DNA of 64,000 nucleotides, taken from an uncultured Acetobacteraceae bacterium. Lineage in GTDB: Bacteria; Acidobacteriota; Terriglobia; Terriglobales; Acidobacteriaceae. A program made the position numbers and the translations under genes. The first letter of the stretch is position 1, and each line of letters opens with the position of its first letter. Under the pieces are notes generated by a model. It was not told where the DNA came from and searched no databases. It was given only the letters and a program-made list of their open reading frames with translations. The stretch covers positions 13,790 to 77,789 of the forward strand of contig CAZZYN010000006.1 in assembly GCA_964658265.1 (NCBI GenBank), in the 5' to 3' direction. This document shows positions 29,509 to 39,474 of this stretch, in pieces.

Positions 29509-30252
29509 AAGGAAGAGGACTCCCCGCCAGCAGCATTGGCGCCGGATGATCCTTTCCTTCAGCAGTTCTTAAGTCACGAGCCGGAAGATGGTGCAGCGGA
29601 TTTTCCCCCACCCGCCCGGCGCAGTCTGCAATGGCTGCGCCGGAATGTCGGGCAGCTGCGAGTGATCGTGTCGCTGCAGCGCGTGGCACCGCCGGATGAT
29701 GCCGAGGAACCGCTGCGCAAGGTTTCGGGCAAATGACGCGCCGCGCATGCATTGTCATCAGCTGTCGCGCCCCGTGGGTGTGCTGGCGATGAAGATCCGC
29801 GCCCAGCTTTACAGGAAAAACCAAGGCTCAGGGCATCAACGGCTTTCAGCGCTATTCAACTGGCGCGTCCGACTGATCCTTTCAAGAAGTGCCGCCTCTC
29901 GCATGCCGGGACCTCGGGAGCTGCCGTCCAGCAGCGCGTCAGGACCTCGCAGCACCTCCTAAGGCGCTCCGGGACAATCGCAGGGCATCCGCAGGGCATC
30001 CTACCCGCACCTGCGTGGGAGTAGCATGTGTCCGTGACTGGCGCGTCATGTCGAAGTGAGCAATCCATGTTCAAGGTCGTGCGAGGATCACGCTGTCGAG
30101 AAAATCCGGGCCAGAACCCGCAGTGCCGGAGTCTGACCGGCAGCATGAAAGCGATGCCTTCCAGGCAGGTAAACACGGCAAGGCCACGTGGTGTGCAGTA
30201 AGGCTGAAGATGCCCGGCGGCAGCGGTCGATTCCGGGGCATCCCTTCCGACG

Positions 30253-30540
30253 CTATTCGCTGTAGGGCACGCCGAAGCAAAGCTCGGCCTTCCGTGCCGG
30301 ACGCTTCATCGTTTCCAGCACCTCAACCGTGTGGCCCATCTTCTGCCAGACCTGCAGTGCCGCGTCATTCATGTACAGCAGGCGCAGTCGCTGTGCGCTC
30401 TCGCCGCGCAGGGCGTAGATGCTAAGGGTATTCAGCAGATTGCTCTGGTCTGTCTGGACTAGATATTCGGAAATCGTGCGAGCGGGCGCATTGTCAGGCT
30501 GCAGTACTTCGCGGGCGCTTTGCGTAATCAGGTGATACAT
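30253..30540 (-). CDS. Hypothetical protein (95 aa)
   Basis: ATG 30540 is preceded by GGAGAC. Composition is plausible and no family is recognised. Confidence 0.45.
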   Translation of the reverse strand: MYHLITQSAREVLQPDNAPARTISEYLVQTDQSNLLNTLSIYALRGESAQRLRLLYMNDAALQVWQKMGHTVEVLETMKRPARKAELCFGVPYSE

Positions 30541-30772
30541 AGGTCTCCATCCATGCCCATCATCGAAACCATGGGCGTTTGGGACGCGCCATTGGAACAT
30601 TCAGACGTTGAGATGCGCATTTCGCCTGGCGATTCGCGCCATGTAGAAAATACTCAAAGGCGAGGTAATCGCCTGAAAGTGTGAGTAGAAAATGCGTGAT
30701 CTGCCCGATTGGTAAGCTGTTCGCCAACAGAATTAGCCGTTACGCTTCAATCATTCGCGGAGGGCGAACACT

Positions 30773-31345
30773 GTGAACCTGAAAACTACATCTGCACTTC
30801 TGGCCGCCGGCATCGTGGTGATTGCATCCTCGGGCTGCACCGACCGCACTGCTGTCAGCAAGGAAAATTTTGCCCAGATCATTAATGCCGACTATGCCAC
30901 AAACGATGACTGCCTCTTCACGCGGTCGCTGTCCTTTCCGTATCGCGTCAGCCCCGGCGACAAGTTGCTTGCCGACACCCGCAAGCAACTCGAGGCATTG
31001 TCTTCCGAAGGTCTGCTGACCCGTACAACGATGACCGACAATGGCGAGAGTCTTATCGTTTTCGGTATGACGCCGGAAGGCCGCAAAGTTCCCGGGTCCG
31101 GGCGCTTCTGTTACGGCAAACGCGAAGTGGTATCGGTCGACAACTACTCGGCCCCTTCGGAGTTCCGCGGCGTACAGATGACCCATGTTGGCTATCACTA
31201 CATGATGAAGGACAGCGCAACCTGGGCGAAGGCGCCTGCGGTCAAGACCGCTTTCCCGACAGTGGCGCGCTCGCTGTCGGATGGCGCTGTCGATGAAGCG
31301 ACACTGGTGCTGGAAAAAGAAGGCTGGACCCTCGAAAACCAGTAA
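30773..31345 (+). CDS. Hypothetical lipoprotein
   Basis: GTG start. Signal peptide with lipobox IASSGC. It is followed by the terminator at 31372. Confidence 0.65.
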   Translation: MNLKTTSALLAAGIVVIASSGCTDRTAVSKENFAQIINADYATNDDCLFTRSLSFPYRVSPGDKLLADTRKQLEALSSEGLLTRTTMTDNGESLIVFGMTPEGRKVPGSGRFCYGKREVVSVDNYSAPSEFRGVQMTHVGYHYMMKDSATWAKAPAVKTAFPTVARSLSDGAVDEATLVLEKEGWTLENQ

Positions 31346-31371
31346 AGCAACGATGCATCACGATCCACTCC

Positions 31372-31398
31372 AGGGCGGCCACAGAGGCCGCCCTTTTT
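31372..31398 (+). terminator. Rho-independent terminator
   Basis: AGGGCGGCC, loop ACAGA, GGCCGCCCT, then TTTTT. Confidence 0.75.
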
Positions 31399-31525
31399 GC
31401 GGCTGGCATTCCAAAGATTTGGGTCATTCGACGAAGGGTATGCAAGGCAAGCGTGAGCTTTAAAGCAGAGGGGGCGGCGTTCCGGGTACATTGGTGACGC
31501 GCAATTCTTGCCCAGAGGACCATCC

Positions 31526-32752
31526 ATGCTGACCAACTGCTCGTCATCTCCTGCCAGGCTTTTCCTTGCCGCCGCCCTGGCATTTGCCGGCTGTAATGCT
31601 CAAGCGCAGGCGCCTGCTGCCGCTGCCAAAGCGGCCGACGCCACTGCCCCCACCCCGCTTGTCGCTGCGCCGCCGACCTATCCGGTGGTCGCGCCGGATG
31701 GATCCGCTACATTCCACCTTGTCCTGCCGACGGCGCAGAAGGTGGAATTGAACCTTGAGGGCCGGAAAGAGCCGCTGCCGATGCAGAAAGCCTCCAACGG
31801 CGACTGGACGGTGAGTGTTCCTGGTCTAGCGCCGCAGATCTACAGTTACTCCTTCGATGTCGACGGCACCACGGTGCTCGATCCGCACAACACGTTCATC
31901 AAGACCAGCTTCTTCTCGAACGACAATGTGTTCACTGTTCCGGGCCATCCCGCGATGCCATGGGAGGAGTCTTCGGTTCCTCATGGCGTCGTAAATCACC
32001 ACTACTACCACTCAGCCATCGTCGGCATTGATAGCCAGTATTACGTTTACACGCCGCCTGGCTTCGATCCCCACAGCAGCCAGAAGTATCCGGTGCTCTA
32101 TCTTCTGCATGGATACAGCGACGATCCGAGTGCGTGGACATTCATGGGCCGCGCCAACCTCATCTTCGACAACCTGATTGCGTCCGGCAAGGCGAAGCCG
32201 ATGATTGTCGTAATGCCGTGGGGCTATGGCGATATGCATATCATCACGAACGGCTGGCAGTCGTGGCGTGATCCGGCGCTGGTCATGAGCAACTTTCAGC
32301 ACTTCGGCGAGGCACTTTACAAGGAAGTGATGCCGGCTGTGAAGCAGCAGTATCCGATTTCGGATAACCGGGAGGATCACGCTATCGCGGGACTGTCGAT
32401 GGGCGGTGCCGAGACACTGCTGGTCGGCCTGAATCACACGGACGATTTCGCTTACATCGGCGCCTTCAGTGCGGGCGGCATCGGCATGCCTACGGGCCCG
32501 GCAGATAAGCACTACGAACCGCTCTTCCCGACAATTACGGCGCAGACGGCACCCGCCATGCAATCGAAACTGAAGCTGTTATGGATAGCGTGCGGTACCG
32601 AAGATGGCCTGAACACGCCGAATCAGGCGTTCATCGCATGGCTCAACCAGCAGGGAATGAAGCCGACAGCGATCCACACCCCCGGTATGCATGCGTGGAT
32701 GGTGTGGCGGGATAACCTCAGCAACTTCGCCCCGCTGCTCTTCCAGAAGTGA
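31526..32752 (+). CDS. Secreted esterase, esterase-D/CE1-like with N-terminal E-set (CBM48-like) module
   Basis: Signal/lipobox-like LAFAGC. N-terminal beta-sandwich (FHLVLPTAQKVEL...W). The catalytic domain has YLLHGYSDDPSAW and the GLSMGG nucleophile elbow. Confidence 0.8.
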   Translation: MLTNCSSSPARLFLAAALAFAGCNAQAQAPAAAAKAADATAPTPLVAAPPTYPVVAPDGSATFHLVLPTAQKVELNLEGRKEPLPMQKASNGDWTVSVPGLAPQIYSYSFDVDGTTVLDPHNTFIKTSFFSNDNVFTVPGHPAMPWEESSVPHGVVNHHYYHSAIVGIDSQYYVYTPPGFDPHSSQKYPVLYLLHGYSDDPSAWTFMGRANLIFDNLIASGKAKPMIVVMPWGYGDMHIITNGWQSWRDPALVMSNFQHFGEALYKEVMPAVKQQYPISDNREDHAIAGLSMGGAETLLVGLNHTDDFAYIGAFSAGGIGMPTGPADKHYEPLFPTITAQTAPAMQSKLKLLWIACGTEDGLNTPNQAFIAWLNQQGMKPTAIHTPGMHAWMVWRDNLSNFAPLLFQK

Positions 32753-32800
32753 GCGCCGAGGAGTAAATGCGCCCTGGGAGGCTGATCAGGGTTAAGAGCC

Positions 32801-32829
32801 GGCCGGGTCTTGCGTTCCGCGACCCGGCC
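32801..32829 (+). terminator. Terminator-like hairpin
   Basis: GGCCGGGTC, 11-nt loop, GACCCGGCC. The U-tract is poor. Confidence 0.4.
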
Positions 32830-32970
32830 AGATGTGTTCGTGCGTCGTGTCCATCCGGATGCAGGGTGCTTCCGAAACATCCGCCGATCCGCAGGCGTCT
32901 TTAGATCAAGCGCTTTCCGCATCTCACCGCAGGAGTGCCCGGCAATTTTCCCGCTTGCCCGAATGAAAGG

Positions 32971-34029
32971 ATGACCATGTCGATCATCGCGCGCGCCCAG
33001 CTTCTTCTTGTAGCCTCACTCCTGCTTGTGCCCGTCTCGCGGTCGCAGGAGGCCAGCACTGCGGCGCCCTCTGCCGCGACTGCAGATGCATCCGAGATCC
33101 AGCTCGACGTCGTGGCCACACCCAAGTCCGGACCGCCGAGTGCCGAACTGAGACGCGAGGATTTCACCATTCTCGACAACAAGGTTCCGCAGCCGATCTC
33201 GTCGTTCAAGGCTATGGGCGGAGAGAAAGCGCCGGTGCAGGTCCTGCTGTTGATCGACGCAGTGAACACGTCCTACGAGAACATCGCGTTCGAGCGCGGC
33301 GAGCTCGACAGGTATCTCAAGGCCAATGGTGGTCATCTCCCGTATCCGACAGCACTTGCTGTCTTTACGGATACCAACACCCAGATCCAGCAGGGGTTCA
33401 CTACGGATGGTAACGGCCTGAGCAAGGATCTCGGCAACATCGCGATCGGGTTGAGGGATATCCGTCGGTCCGCAGGCTTCTATGGAGCCGCCGAACGCTT
33501 CGACCTCTCCCTGCGTGCGCTTGAGCAGCTTGCTTCCCGCGAAGCATCTGTACCCGGCCGCAAGCTGGTCCTCTGGATCTCTCCTGGCTGGCCGCTGCTG
33601 TCCGGCCCAGGCATCCAGCTGAGCTCAAAAGAGCAGCAGCAGCTGTTCGGCAGCATTGTCGGTATCTCCCATGCCCTTCGGCAGGCGCGCATCACCCTGT
33701 ACAGCCTCGACTCCTACGGGGCGTCGGAGAACCTGGCCCGCGCCGACTACTACCAGAGCTTTCTGAAAGGTGTCAGCAAGCCCAGCCAGGTCGATATCGG
33801 CGATCTGTCCCTGCAGGCACTGGCGGTCCAGTCAGGCGGCCTCGCGCTGAACTCCACCGGCGTGCAGAAGATGATCGAGCGCTGCGTGGCGGATGCCAGT
33901 GCGTATTATGAGCTGTCTTTCCGGCCGCTGCCGACGGAGACGCCAGCCACCTATCACCACATCGAGGTCAAGCTGACCCAGGCGGGTCTCACGCCGCGTA
34001 CGAGGCAGGGTTACTACACCCAGCCGTAA
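32971..34029 (+). CDS. Secreted VWA-domain protein (acidobacterial VWFA-related type)
   Basis: Signal peptide, then a beta-sandwich (IQLDVVAT...FTILDNKVPQPISSF) followed by LLIDAVNTS and a von Willebrand A-like fold. This architecture matches what I recall of TIGR03436. Confidence 0.75.
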   Translation: MTMSIIARAQLLLVASLLLVPVSRSQEASTAAPSAATADASEIQLDVVATPKSGPPSAELRREDFTILDNKVPQPISSFKAMGGEKAPVQVLLLIDAVNTSYENIAFERGELDRYLKANGGHLPYPTALAVFTDTNTQIQQGFTTDGNGLSKDLGNIAIGLRDIRRSAGFYGAAERFDLSLRALEQLASREASVPGRKLVLWISPGWPLLSGPGIQLSSKEQQQLFGSIVGISHALRQARITLYSLDSYGASENLARADYYQSFLKGVSKPSQVDIGDLSLQALAVQSGGLALNSTGVQKMIERCVADASAYYELSFRPLPTETPATYHHIEVKLTQAGLTPRTRQGYYTQP

Positions 34030-34316
34030 CGGCGTGGCTGGTGCGACCTGCGCCACAGGGCCGTGGAGAGTGGTGCCCACCCGCGGCCGGAAAACGGTTG
34101 CTGTCCGGATACCCACATTCCCACATCGTTCCACACCACTTGCACCATCCCCGCACCTTGGCGCACGACCCGGCGCCGCGTACCTTCGAAGCACCGGCAG
34201 GGATACGTATTCCCGCTCCAGCCGCAGCTTCCAACGATCTCCACAGGCCGGATACCTGCATTTTGCGACCGGGTATCTTCCCCGTCATCAAATCACAAGA
34301 TGTTGGGGTTTCGAGC

Positions 34317-34345
34317 TTGACATGATCTATACACGGGGCTAACTT
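34317..34345 (+). promoter_or_regulatory. Candidate sigma70-type promoter for nrdJ
   Basis: TTGACA (34317-34322), 17 nt, TAACTT (34340-34345). This would leave a 5' UTR of about 150 nt. Assigned by eye only. Confidence 0.25.
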
Positions 34346-34501
34346 CACATTTGCAACCCCACTTTCGAGCCATGCCGCTCAAAGGGCTGCCCACTTTAGA
34401 CACGCATCCCCAGACCCGTTTTCCCCGTCTGCAGCTCACCTTTTAGAAGAGAGCGCGGCGGCTCTTCAGTCTCTATTTCGATACCGCCCCAAGGAGTCAT
34501 C

Positions 34502-37500
34502 ATGGCCGAGGCCACCCAGCAATCCGCCCCTTCCTCTGCTGCATCCACACGCACCGCGGCTGGCAATCCTGCGCCCAAGTCGTCACCCGGTTTGAAGGTG
34601 CAGCGCCGCTTCACCAGGGCCGGCGTCTCGCCCTATGCCGAAGTGCAGTGGGAGCGCCGCACGGCTGCCATCACTGACTCCAAGGGAAAGATCATCTTTG
34701 AGCAGAAGCAGGTGGAAGTGCCTGTTGACTGGTCGATGACCGCGACCAACATCGTCGCCTCGAAGTATCTGCACGGGCCAATGGATGCCGCGCCGGGCGG
34801 TGCAGCGGAACATACCTCTGCCTACAAGCGTGAGACTGGCGTGCGCGAACTGATTGCCCGCGTCGCCGAGAGCATCCGCGACTGGGGCATGAAGATGGGC
34901 TACTTCGCAACTGCTGAAGATGCTGCAAATTTCCATGACGATCTTGTGCACCTGCTGGTTCATCAGAAAGTAGCGTTCAACTCGCCGGTATGGTTCAACG
35001 TCGGCTGTGATCGGCTGGAGCCGGATTCCGACGCGCGCAACTGGCACTGGGACCCGAAGACGCGCGAAGTGCGCTACTCGGTGACGGGCTATCGCAATCC
35101 TCAGTGCTCGGCCTGCTTTATCAATTCCGTCGATGATTCGCTGGACAGCATCCTGACGCTCGCGAAGACCGAAGGCATGCTCTTCAAGTGGGGTTCGGGC
35201 ACGGGTACGAACCTGTCGCCGATTCGCGGATCGAGCGAACTGCTGTCGGGTGGCGGGACGGCGTCCGGTCCGCTGAGCTTCATGCGCGGCTTTGACGCTT
35301 TTGCCGGTGTGATCAAGTCCGGGGGCAAGACGCGCCGCGCGGCCAAGATGGTCATCCTGAATGTGGATCATCCGGATATCACGGATTTCATCGAGTGCAA
35401 GGCAAAGGAAGAGGCCAAGGCGCACTCGCTGGTCGCTGCTGGCTATGACGGTTCCGGACCTGACTCTGAAGCCTACAGCTCGATCTTCTTCCAGAATGCC
35501 AACAACTCTGTTCGCGTGAACGATGAATTTATGCACGCGTGGGAGGCGAATGGCGATTTCTCCACCAGGACCGTGAAGGATGGTACGCCGGTCAAGACCT
35601 ACAAGGCCCGGGAATTGATGCGCCTGCTGGCACAGGCCACGTGGGCCTGCGGCGATCCGGGCATGCAGTACGACACCACCATCAATCGCTGGCACACCTC
35701 GAAGAACAGCGGCCGCATCAATGCGTCCAATCCCTGCTCCGAGTACATGTTTCTCGACAACTCTGCCTGCAACCTGGCCAGCTTCAACCTGATGAAGTTC
35801 GTCACACCGACAGGTACGTTTGACATCGCCGCCTATCGCGCCGCTGTCGATACACTGATCATCGCAATGGATATCCTGGTCGATTCTGCCGGTTATCCAA
35901 CGGAGCTGATCAGCAAGAACTCGCATGACTATCGTCCGCTTGGCCTGGGCTATGCGAACCTCGGCGCGCTGCTGATGGCGATGGGCCTGCCGTACGACTC
36001 CGATGCCGGACGTGACTTTGCTGCGACGCTCACGGCGATCATGTGCGGTGCGGCGTACCTGCAGTCGGCGAAGCTGGCGGAGAGCTGCCCGGAGCTCGGG
36101 TCAGCGACAACGCTCACCAATTCGGTGACACGCGAAGGCGGCGCCTGCCCCGGCTTTTACGTCAACCGCGAGCCGTTCCTGGATGTCATCCGCATGCATC
36201 GCGCGGAGGTCAACAATATCGGCAAGTCGAAGACGTCCGCAGAACCATTCTCTGTGCCGCAGCTCGATACTTTGATCGCTGCTTCCAAGGAATGCTGGGA
36301 CCAGGCTCTGGCCCATGGTGAGAAGTTCGGCTATCGCAATTCGCAGGTCACGGTGCTGGCCCCGACGGGGACGATCGGCTTCATGATGGATTGCGATACG
36401 ACTGGCATCGAGCCTGAACTGGCGCTGGTGAAGTACAAGAAGCTGGTTGGCGGCGGCATGATCAAGATCGTCAACGGCACGGTGCCGGCGGCTCTGTTCA
36501 AGCTCGGCTACTCGGATGAGCAGGTGCAGTCGATCGTCAGCTATATCGATTCGACGGGCACCATCGAAGGCGCGCCGGGCATCAAGCACGAACACCTCTC
36601 GGTCTTTGACTGCTCCTTCAAGCCGGCCAAGGGCACGCGCACGATTCACTACAACGGTCACATCAAGATGATGGCCGCGACCCAGCCGTTCCTCTCCGGT
36701 GCCATCTCGAAGACGGTTAACCTCCCGACCGAGGCGACAGCGGACGACATCGCCGAGGTGTACGTCGAGGCATGGCGTCTCGGCATCAAGGCGGTCGCGA
36801 TCTATCGCGATGGATCGAAGGGTGTGCAGGTCCTGAACACCTCGCAGGATGAAGGCAAGAAGGCTGATCCGGCCGCGGCTGCGCTGGCTGCCTCGGCGGA
36901 ACGCGTGCTGACGTCCATGGCACAGGGCAATGCGGCATCGACCAATGATCTGCAGTCGCTGCAGCGTGCGCTTGAGACGAAAATCTCGAGCAAACTGGAA
37001 GTCAGTGCGAAGGCTGTTGCCGATGCGGCGCGGACCTTTGAGCTGGCTATCCAGAACGCAGTGTCTGCGACACCAGTGGAGGCGGAAACGCCTGTGCAGC
37101 CGACGCTGGCCGATGCAGTACTGCAGTCACAGAACCCGAATGCTCCACCGCGTGCCGTACGTCATCGGCTCCCGGAAGAACGGGCTTCGCTGACCCACAA
37201 GTTTTCGATCGCCGGGCACGAAGGCTACATCACGGTTGGCCTCTACCCGACGGGTGAGCCGGGCGAAATCTTCATCAAGATGGCGAAGGAGGGTTCGACT
37301 GTCTCCGGCCTGATGGATTCATTCGCCACCGCGACGTCGCTCTCGCTGCAGCATGGCGTGCCGCTAAAGGTGTTGTGCGAGAAGTTTGCGCACACGCGCT
37401 TTGAGCCCTCCGGCTGGACTGGCAACGAGCACATCGGCTATGCCAAGTCGATCATGGATTACATCTTCCGCTGGCTCCAGCTGCGCTTCCTTTCCGGCCA

Positions 37501-37879
37501 GCAGCTGGATCTGTTCGCGGGAATGGGCGGCAGCCATCAGCCGGCGGTCCCGGTCCTCGGCACCATCGGCGACGCGCCCAATCCGGATAGTCCCGGCCTG
37601 GCCTTCGGCTCTCCGGATGCAGCCGGTGCCAAGCCGAAAGTTGCTTCGAACGATACCCGGCTGATGTCTTCCGGACACCCGGTCACCGGCGCCGGCCAGA
37701 CCATCATTCCTGGCCACGCGGCACAAGTCGTGGCAACGTCGGGTCATGCGGCCGATGCGATGCGCAGTATGTATGACATGGGCGATGCGCCGTCATGCCA
37801 TACCTGCGGCGCGATCATGGTGAGGAACGGCAGCTGCTACCGCTGCATGTCCTGCGGGAGCACCAGCGGCTGCAGCTAA
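34502..37879 (+). CDS. nrdJ: Class II (adenosylcobalamin-dependent) ribonucleotide reductase NrdJ
   Basis: AAGGAG SD. RNR core motifs are NPCSEY and SACNLAS. The Ala-rich linker is followed by a TSCPD-like segment (HKFSIAGHEGYITVGLYPTGEPGEIFI) and a C-terminal Cys-rich zinc-ribbon tail CHTCG...CYRCMSCG. Confidence 0.95.
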   Translation: MAEATQQSAPSSAASTRTAAGNPAPKSSPGLKVQRRFTRAGVSPYAEVQWERRTAAITDSKGKIIFEQKQVEVPVDWSMTATNIVASKYLHGPMDAAPGGAAEHTSAYKRETGVRELIARVAESIRDWGMKMGYFATAEDAANFHDDLVHLLVHQKVAFNSPVWFNVGCDRLEPDSDARNWHWDPKTREVRYSVTGYRNPQCSACFINSVDDSLDSILTLAKTEGMLFKWGSGTGTNLSPIRGSSELLSGGGTASGPLSFMRGFDAFAGVIKSGGKTRRAAKMVILNVDHPDITDFIECKAKEEAKAHSLVAAGYDGSGPDSEAYSSIFFQNANNSVRVNDEFMHAWEANGDFSTRTVKDGTPVKTYKARELMRLLAQATWACGDPGMQYDTTINRWHTSKNSGRINASNPCSEYMFLDNSACNLASFNLMKFVTPTGTFDIAAYRAAVDTLIIAMDILVDSAGYPTELISKNSHDYRPLGLGYANLGALLMAMGLPYDSDAGRDFAATLTAIMCGAAYLQSAKLAESCPELGSATTLTNSVTREGGACPGFYVNREPFLDVIRMHRAEVNNIGKSKTSAEPFSVPQLDTLIAASKECWDQALAHGEKFGYRNSQVTVLAPTGTIGFMMDCDTTGIEPELALVKYKKLVGGGMIKIVNGTVPAALFKLGYSDEQVQSIVSYIDSTGTIEGAPGIKHEHLSVFDCSFKPAKGTRTIHYNGHIKMMAATQPFLSGAISKTVNLPTEATADDIAEVYVEAWRLGIKAVAIYRDGSKGVQVLNTSQDEGKKADPAAAALAASAERVLTSMAQGNAASTNDLQSLQRALETKISSKLEVSAKAVADAARTFELAIQNAVSATPVEAETPVQPTLADAVLQSQNPNAPPRAVRHRLPEERASLTHKFSIAGHEGYITVGLYPTGEPGEIFIKMAKEGSTVSGLMDSFATATSLSLQHGVPLKVLCEKFAHTRFEPSGWTGNEHIGYAKSIMDYIFRWLQLRFLSGQQLDLFAGMGGSHQPAVPVLGTIGDAPNPDSPGLAFGSPDAAGAKPKVASNDTRLMSSGHPVTGAGQTIIPGHAAQVVATSGHAADAMRSMYDMGDAPSCHTCGAIMVRNGSCYRCMSCGSTSGCS

Positions 37880-37900
37880 ACCAAGGCGCGGTAACGATTA

Positions 37901-37931
37901 GAAGCCCGGCAGAGCGCCGGGCTTCTTTTTT
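37901..37931 (+). terminator. Rho-independent terminator of nrdJ
   Basis: GAAGCCCGGC, loop AGAGC, GCCGGGCTTC, then TTTTTT. Confidence 0.85.
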
Positions 37932-38045
37932 GCGCTGAATTGATGAATCTGCCATTAACTAGAGAGTAACAGCGAAAGTATCCGTAACCTTTTTCCGGAC
38001 AAGATCATTCAGGTCGGCCGCCGTTTTTGCTCCTGGATCGACACA

Positions 38046-39413
38046 GTGGCTGATAGGCTTGGGCCGATGCAAATGCCCAGGATGCGCTTCCGGATGCTAT
38101 GTGTAGCCATAGTTGTGCTGTTCCTGACATGGATGTTCCGGCATTATCAGCTGGACGATTCGCTGATTTACGCGCGCTATATACGCAACGCCCTGATGGG
38201 TCGCGGTCTTGTCTATAACGCTGGCGAACACGTAAACGCGCTCACCTCTCCACTCTTTTCAGCCCTGATGCTGCTCACGGCATGGTTGCTGCACGGGCAC
38301 GTCATACTGGCGGAGAACGTGTTGTACTGCGCATTCTTCCTGAGCGCATGCGTACTCGCAGAGATGCTTGTTCCGTTGTCCGGCCTGCTGATCGCCAGCA
38401 CTGCCTACTTCTACACTCTGGTTGGCATGGAGACGTCGCTGTTTCTCTTCCTGCTTATCCTTGCAGTCGCACTTTACCTTCAGGAGAAGGACAAGTGGCT
38501 GCCACTGGTGGCAGTGCTGCTCTTCCTTACACGGGCGGAAGGGCTTGCAATGGTACTGGTGCTTGCTGTCCTGATGACCCGGGAGCGGCGATTTCCGCCC
38601 CGCCTGTTCTTGCTGCCGCCGGGACTGCTGATCGGAGCGTATCTCGTCTTCAACCGGGTCTACTACGGCAGTCTCCTGCCATCCTCCGGAGCAGCGAAAC
38701 TAGGCCAGGCGCGCTCAGGATACTGGGGGCCGTGGCCATCCGCGTTCCTACGCGTTCCGGCGGCTTTTTATGACCGGTTCCGCTACTCGTATTACGTCAT
38801 TCCACTCATTCTTGTGATGGCCGCATGGGGCATCTGGAAGTATCACAGGGAGCCCATCAGTCGCGTCCTGCTTCCTTTTGGTCTGCTACTCGGCAGCTTC
38901 TATGTGCTGCTGAATATTCCGGATTACCAGTGGTACTACGCACCATTCGTCTTTTTCCTGATGCTCTACGCTGTTCTCGCGGTACCCGATCGCAAGCTGG
39001 CGCACTTGGCCGTAACGCTGGTAATCGTGCAGTGTCTGCTCGGTTCGATGAGCCGCGGGAAGCACCTGGAACTAGTTGGCCCATACAGGGATGCGGCACT
39101 GTGGCTGGCACAAAATACTCCGAAGGATGCGCGCGTGGCCTGTATCGAGACTGGAACGATCGGCTGGTATTCCGACCGTTACATTTATGACATGGTGGGA
39201 CTGACCACCCCGCGGAATGCGGTCCATATCGAGCATCGCGATCTGAACTCCTGGCTGGCCGAGGACAAGCCTGACTACGTCGTCATGCATCCGGTACAGA
39301 GCTTCGGAGAGAGGGCTGCCCTGGATAGTCCGGATTACTATGCATTGCCGCGGCACTTCGGTCCCATCTACCTGCTCAAACGCAAATCTGTGGCCCAAGC
39401 CGGATTGCGCTGA
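38046..39413 (+). CDS. Polytopic membrane protein, GT-C-like glycosyltransferase with C-terminal soluble domain
   Basis: Many hydrophobic helices. The first loop DDSLIYARYIRNALMGRGLVYNAGEHVNALTSPLF resembles the acidic loop of GT-C enzymes. The exact start is uncertain (GTG 38046 or a nearby Met). Confidence 0.6.
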   Translation: MADRLGPMQMPRMRFRMLCVAIVVLFLTWMFRHYQLDDSLIYARYIRNALMGRGLVYNAGEHVNALTSPLFSALMLLTAWLLHGHVILAENVLYCAFFLSACVLAEMLVPLSGLLIASTAYFYTLVGMETSLFLFLLILAVALYLQEKDKWLPLVAVLLFLTRAEGLAMVLVLAVLMTRERRFPPRLFLLPPGLLIGAYLVFNRVYYGSLLPSSGAAKLGQARSGYWGPWPSAFLRVPAAFYDRFRYSYYVIPLILVMAAWGIWKYHREPISRVLLPFGLLLGSFYVLLNIPDYQWYYAPFVFFLMLYAVLAVPDRKLAHLAVTLVIVQCLLGSMSRGKHLELVGPYRDAALWLAQNTPKDARVACIETGTIGWYSDRYIYDMVGLTTPRNAVHIEHRDLNSWLAEDKPDYVVMHPVQSFGERAALDSPDYYALPRHFGPIYLLKRKSVAQAGLR

Positions 39414-39474
39414 CTCCGACGGTGCTCTCTGACTGCGTGCGGCGGCAGCCGTTAAAATTCATCAGGAGGCCTTC

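Noticed and set aside
29980-30001. Tandem duplication GCAGGGCATCC x2
   Set aside because: It consists of only two 11-nt copies with no further periodicity, so it is too short to call a repeat element or a CRISPR-like structure.
34320-34338. A second NrdR box partnering the weak box at about 34292-34307
   Set aside because: The best alignments in the expected window match only 7-9 of 16 consensus positions. The tandem-box architecture expected for NrdR is therefore not supported.
34030-34501. Cobalamin riboswitch upstream of nrdJ
   Set aside because: No B12-box-like or GCCACUG core motifs were found by eye. It is also biologically unexpected, because B12 riboswitches usually repress B12-independent isozymes, not the B12-dependent RNR.
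34583-35926. Long antisense or alternative-frame ORFs inside strong genes. Examples are 34583-35926 in nrdJ, 62617-63708 in the aminotransferase, 53572-54888 in the FkbH-like gene, 50404-51912 in the propeller gene and 20068-21000 in hscA.
   Set aside because: These are typical shadow ORFs of high-GC DNA. Their compositions are Arg/Gly/Ala/Cys-rich, no motifs are present, and each is fully contained in a gene with unambiguous family signatures.
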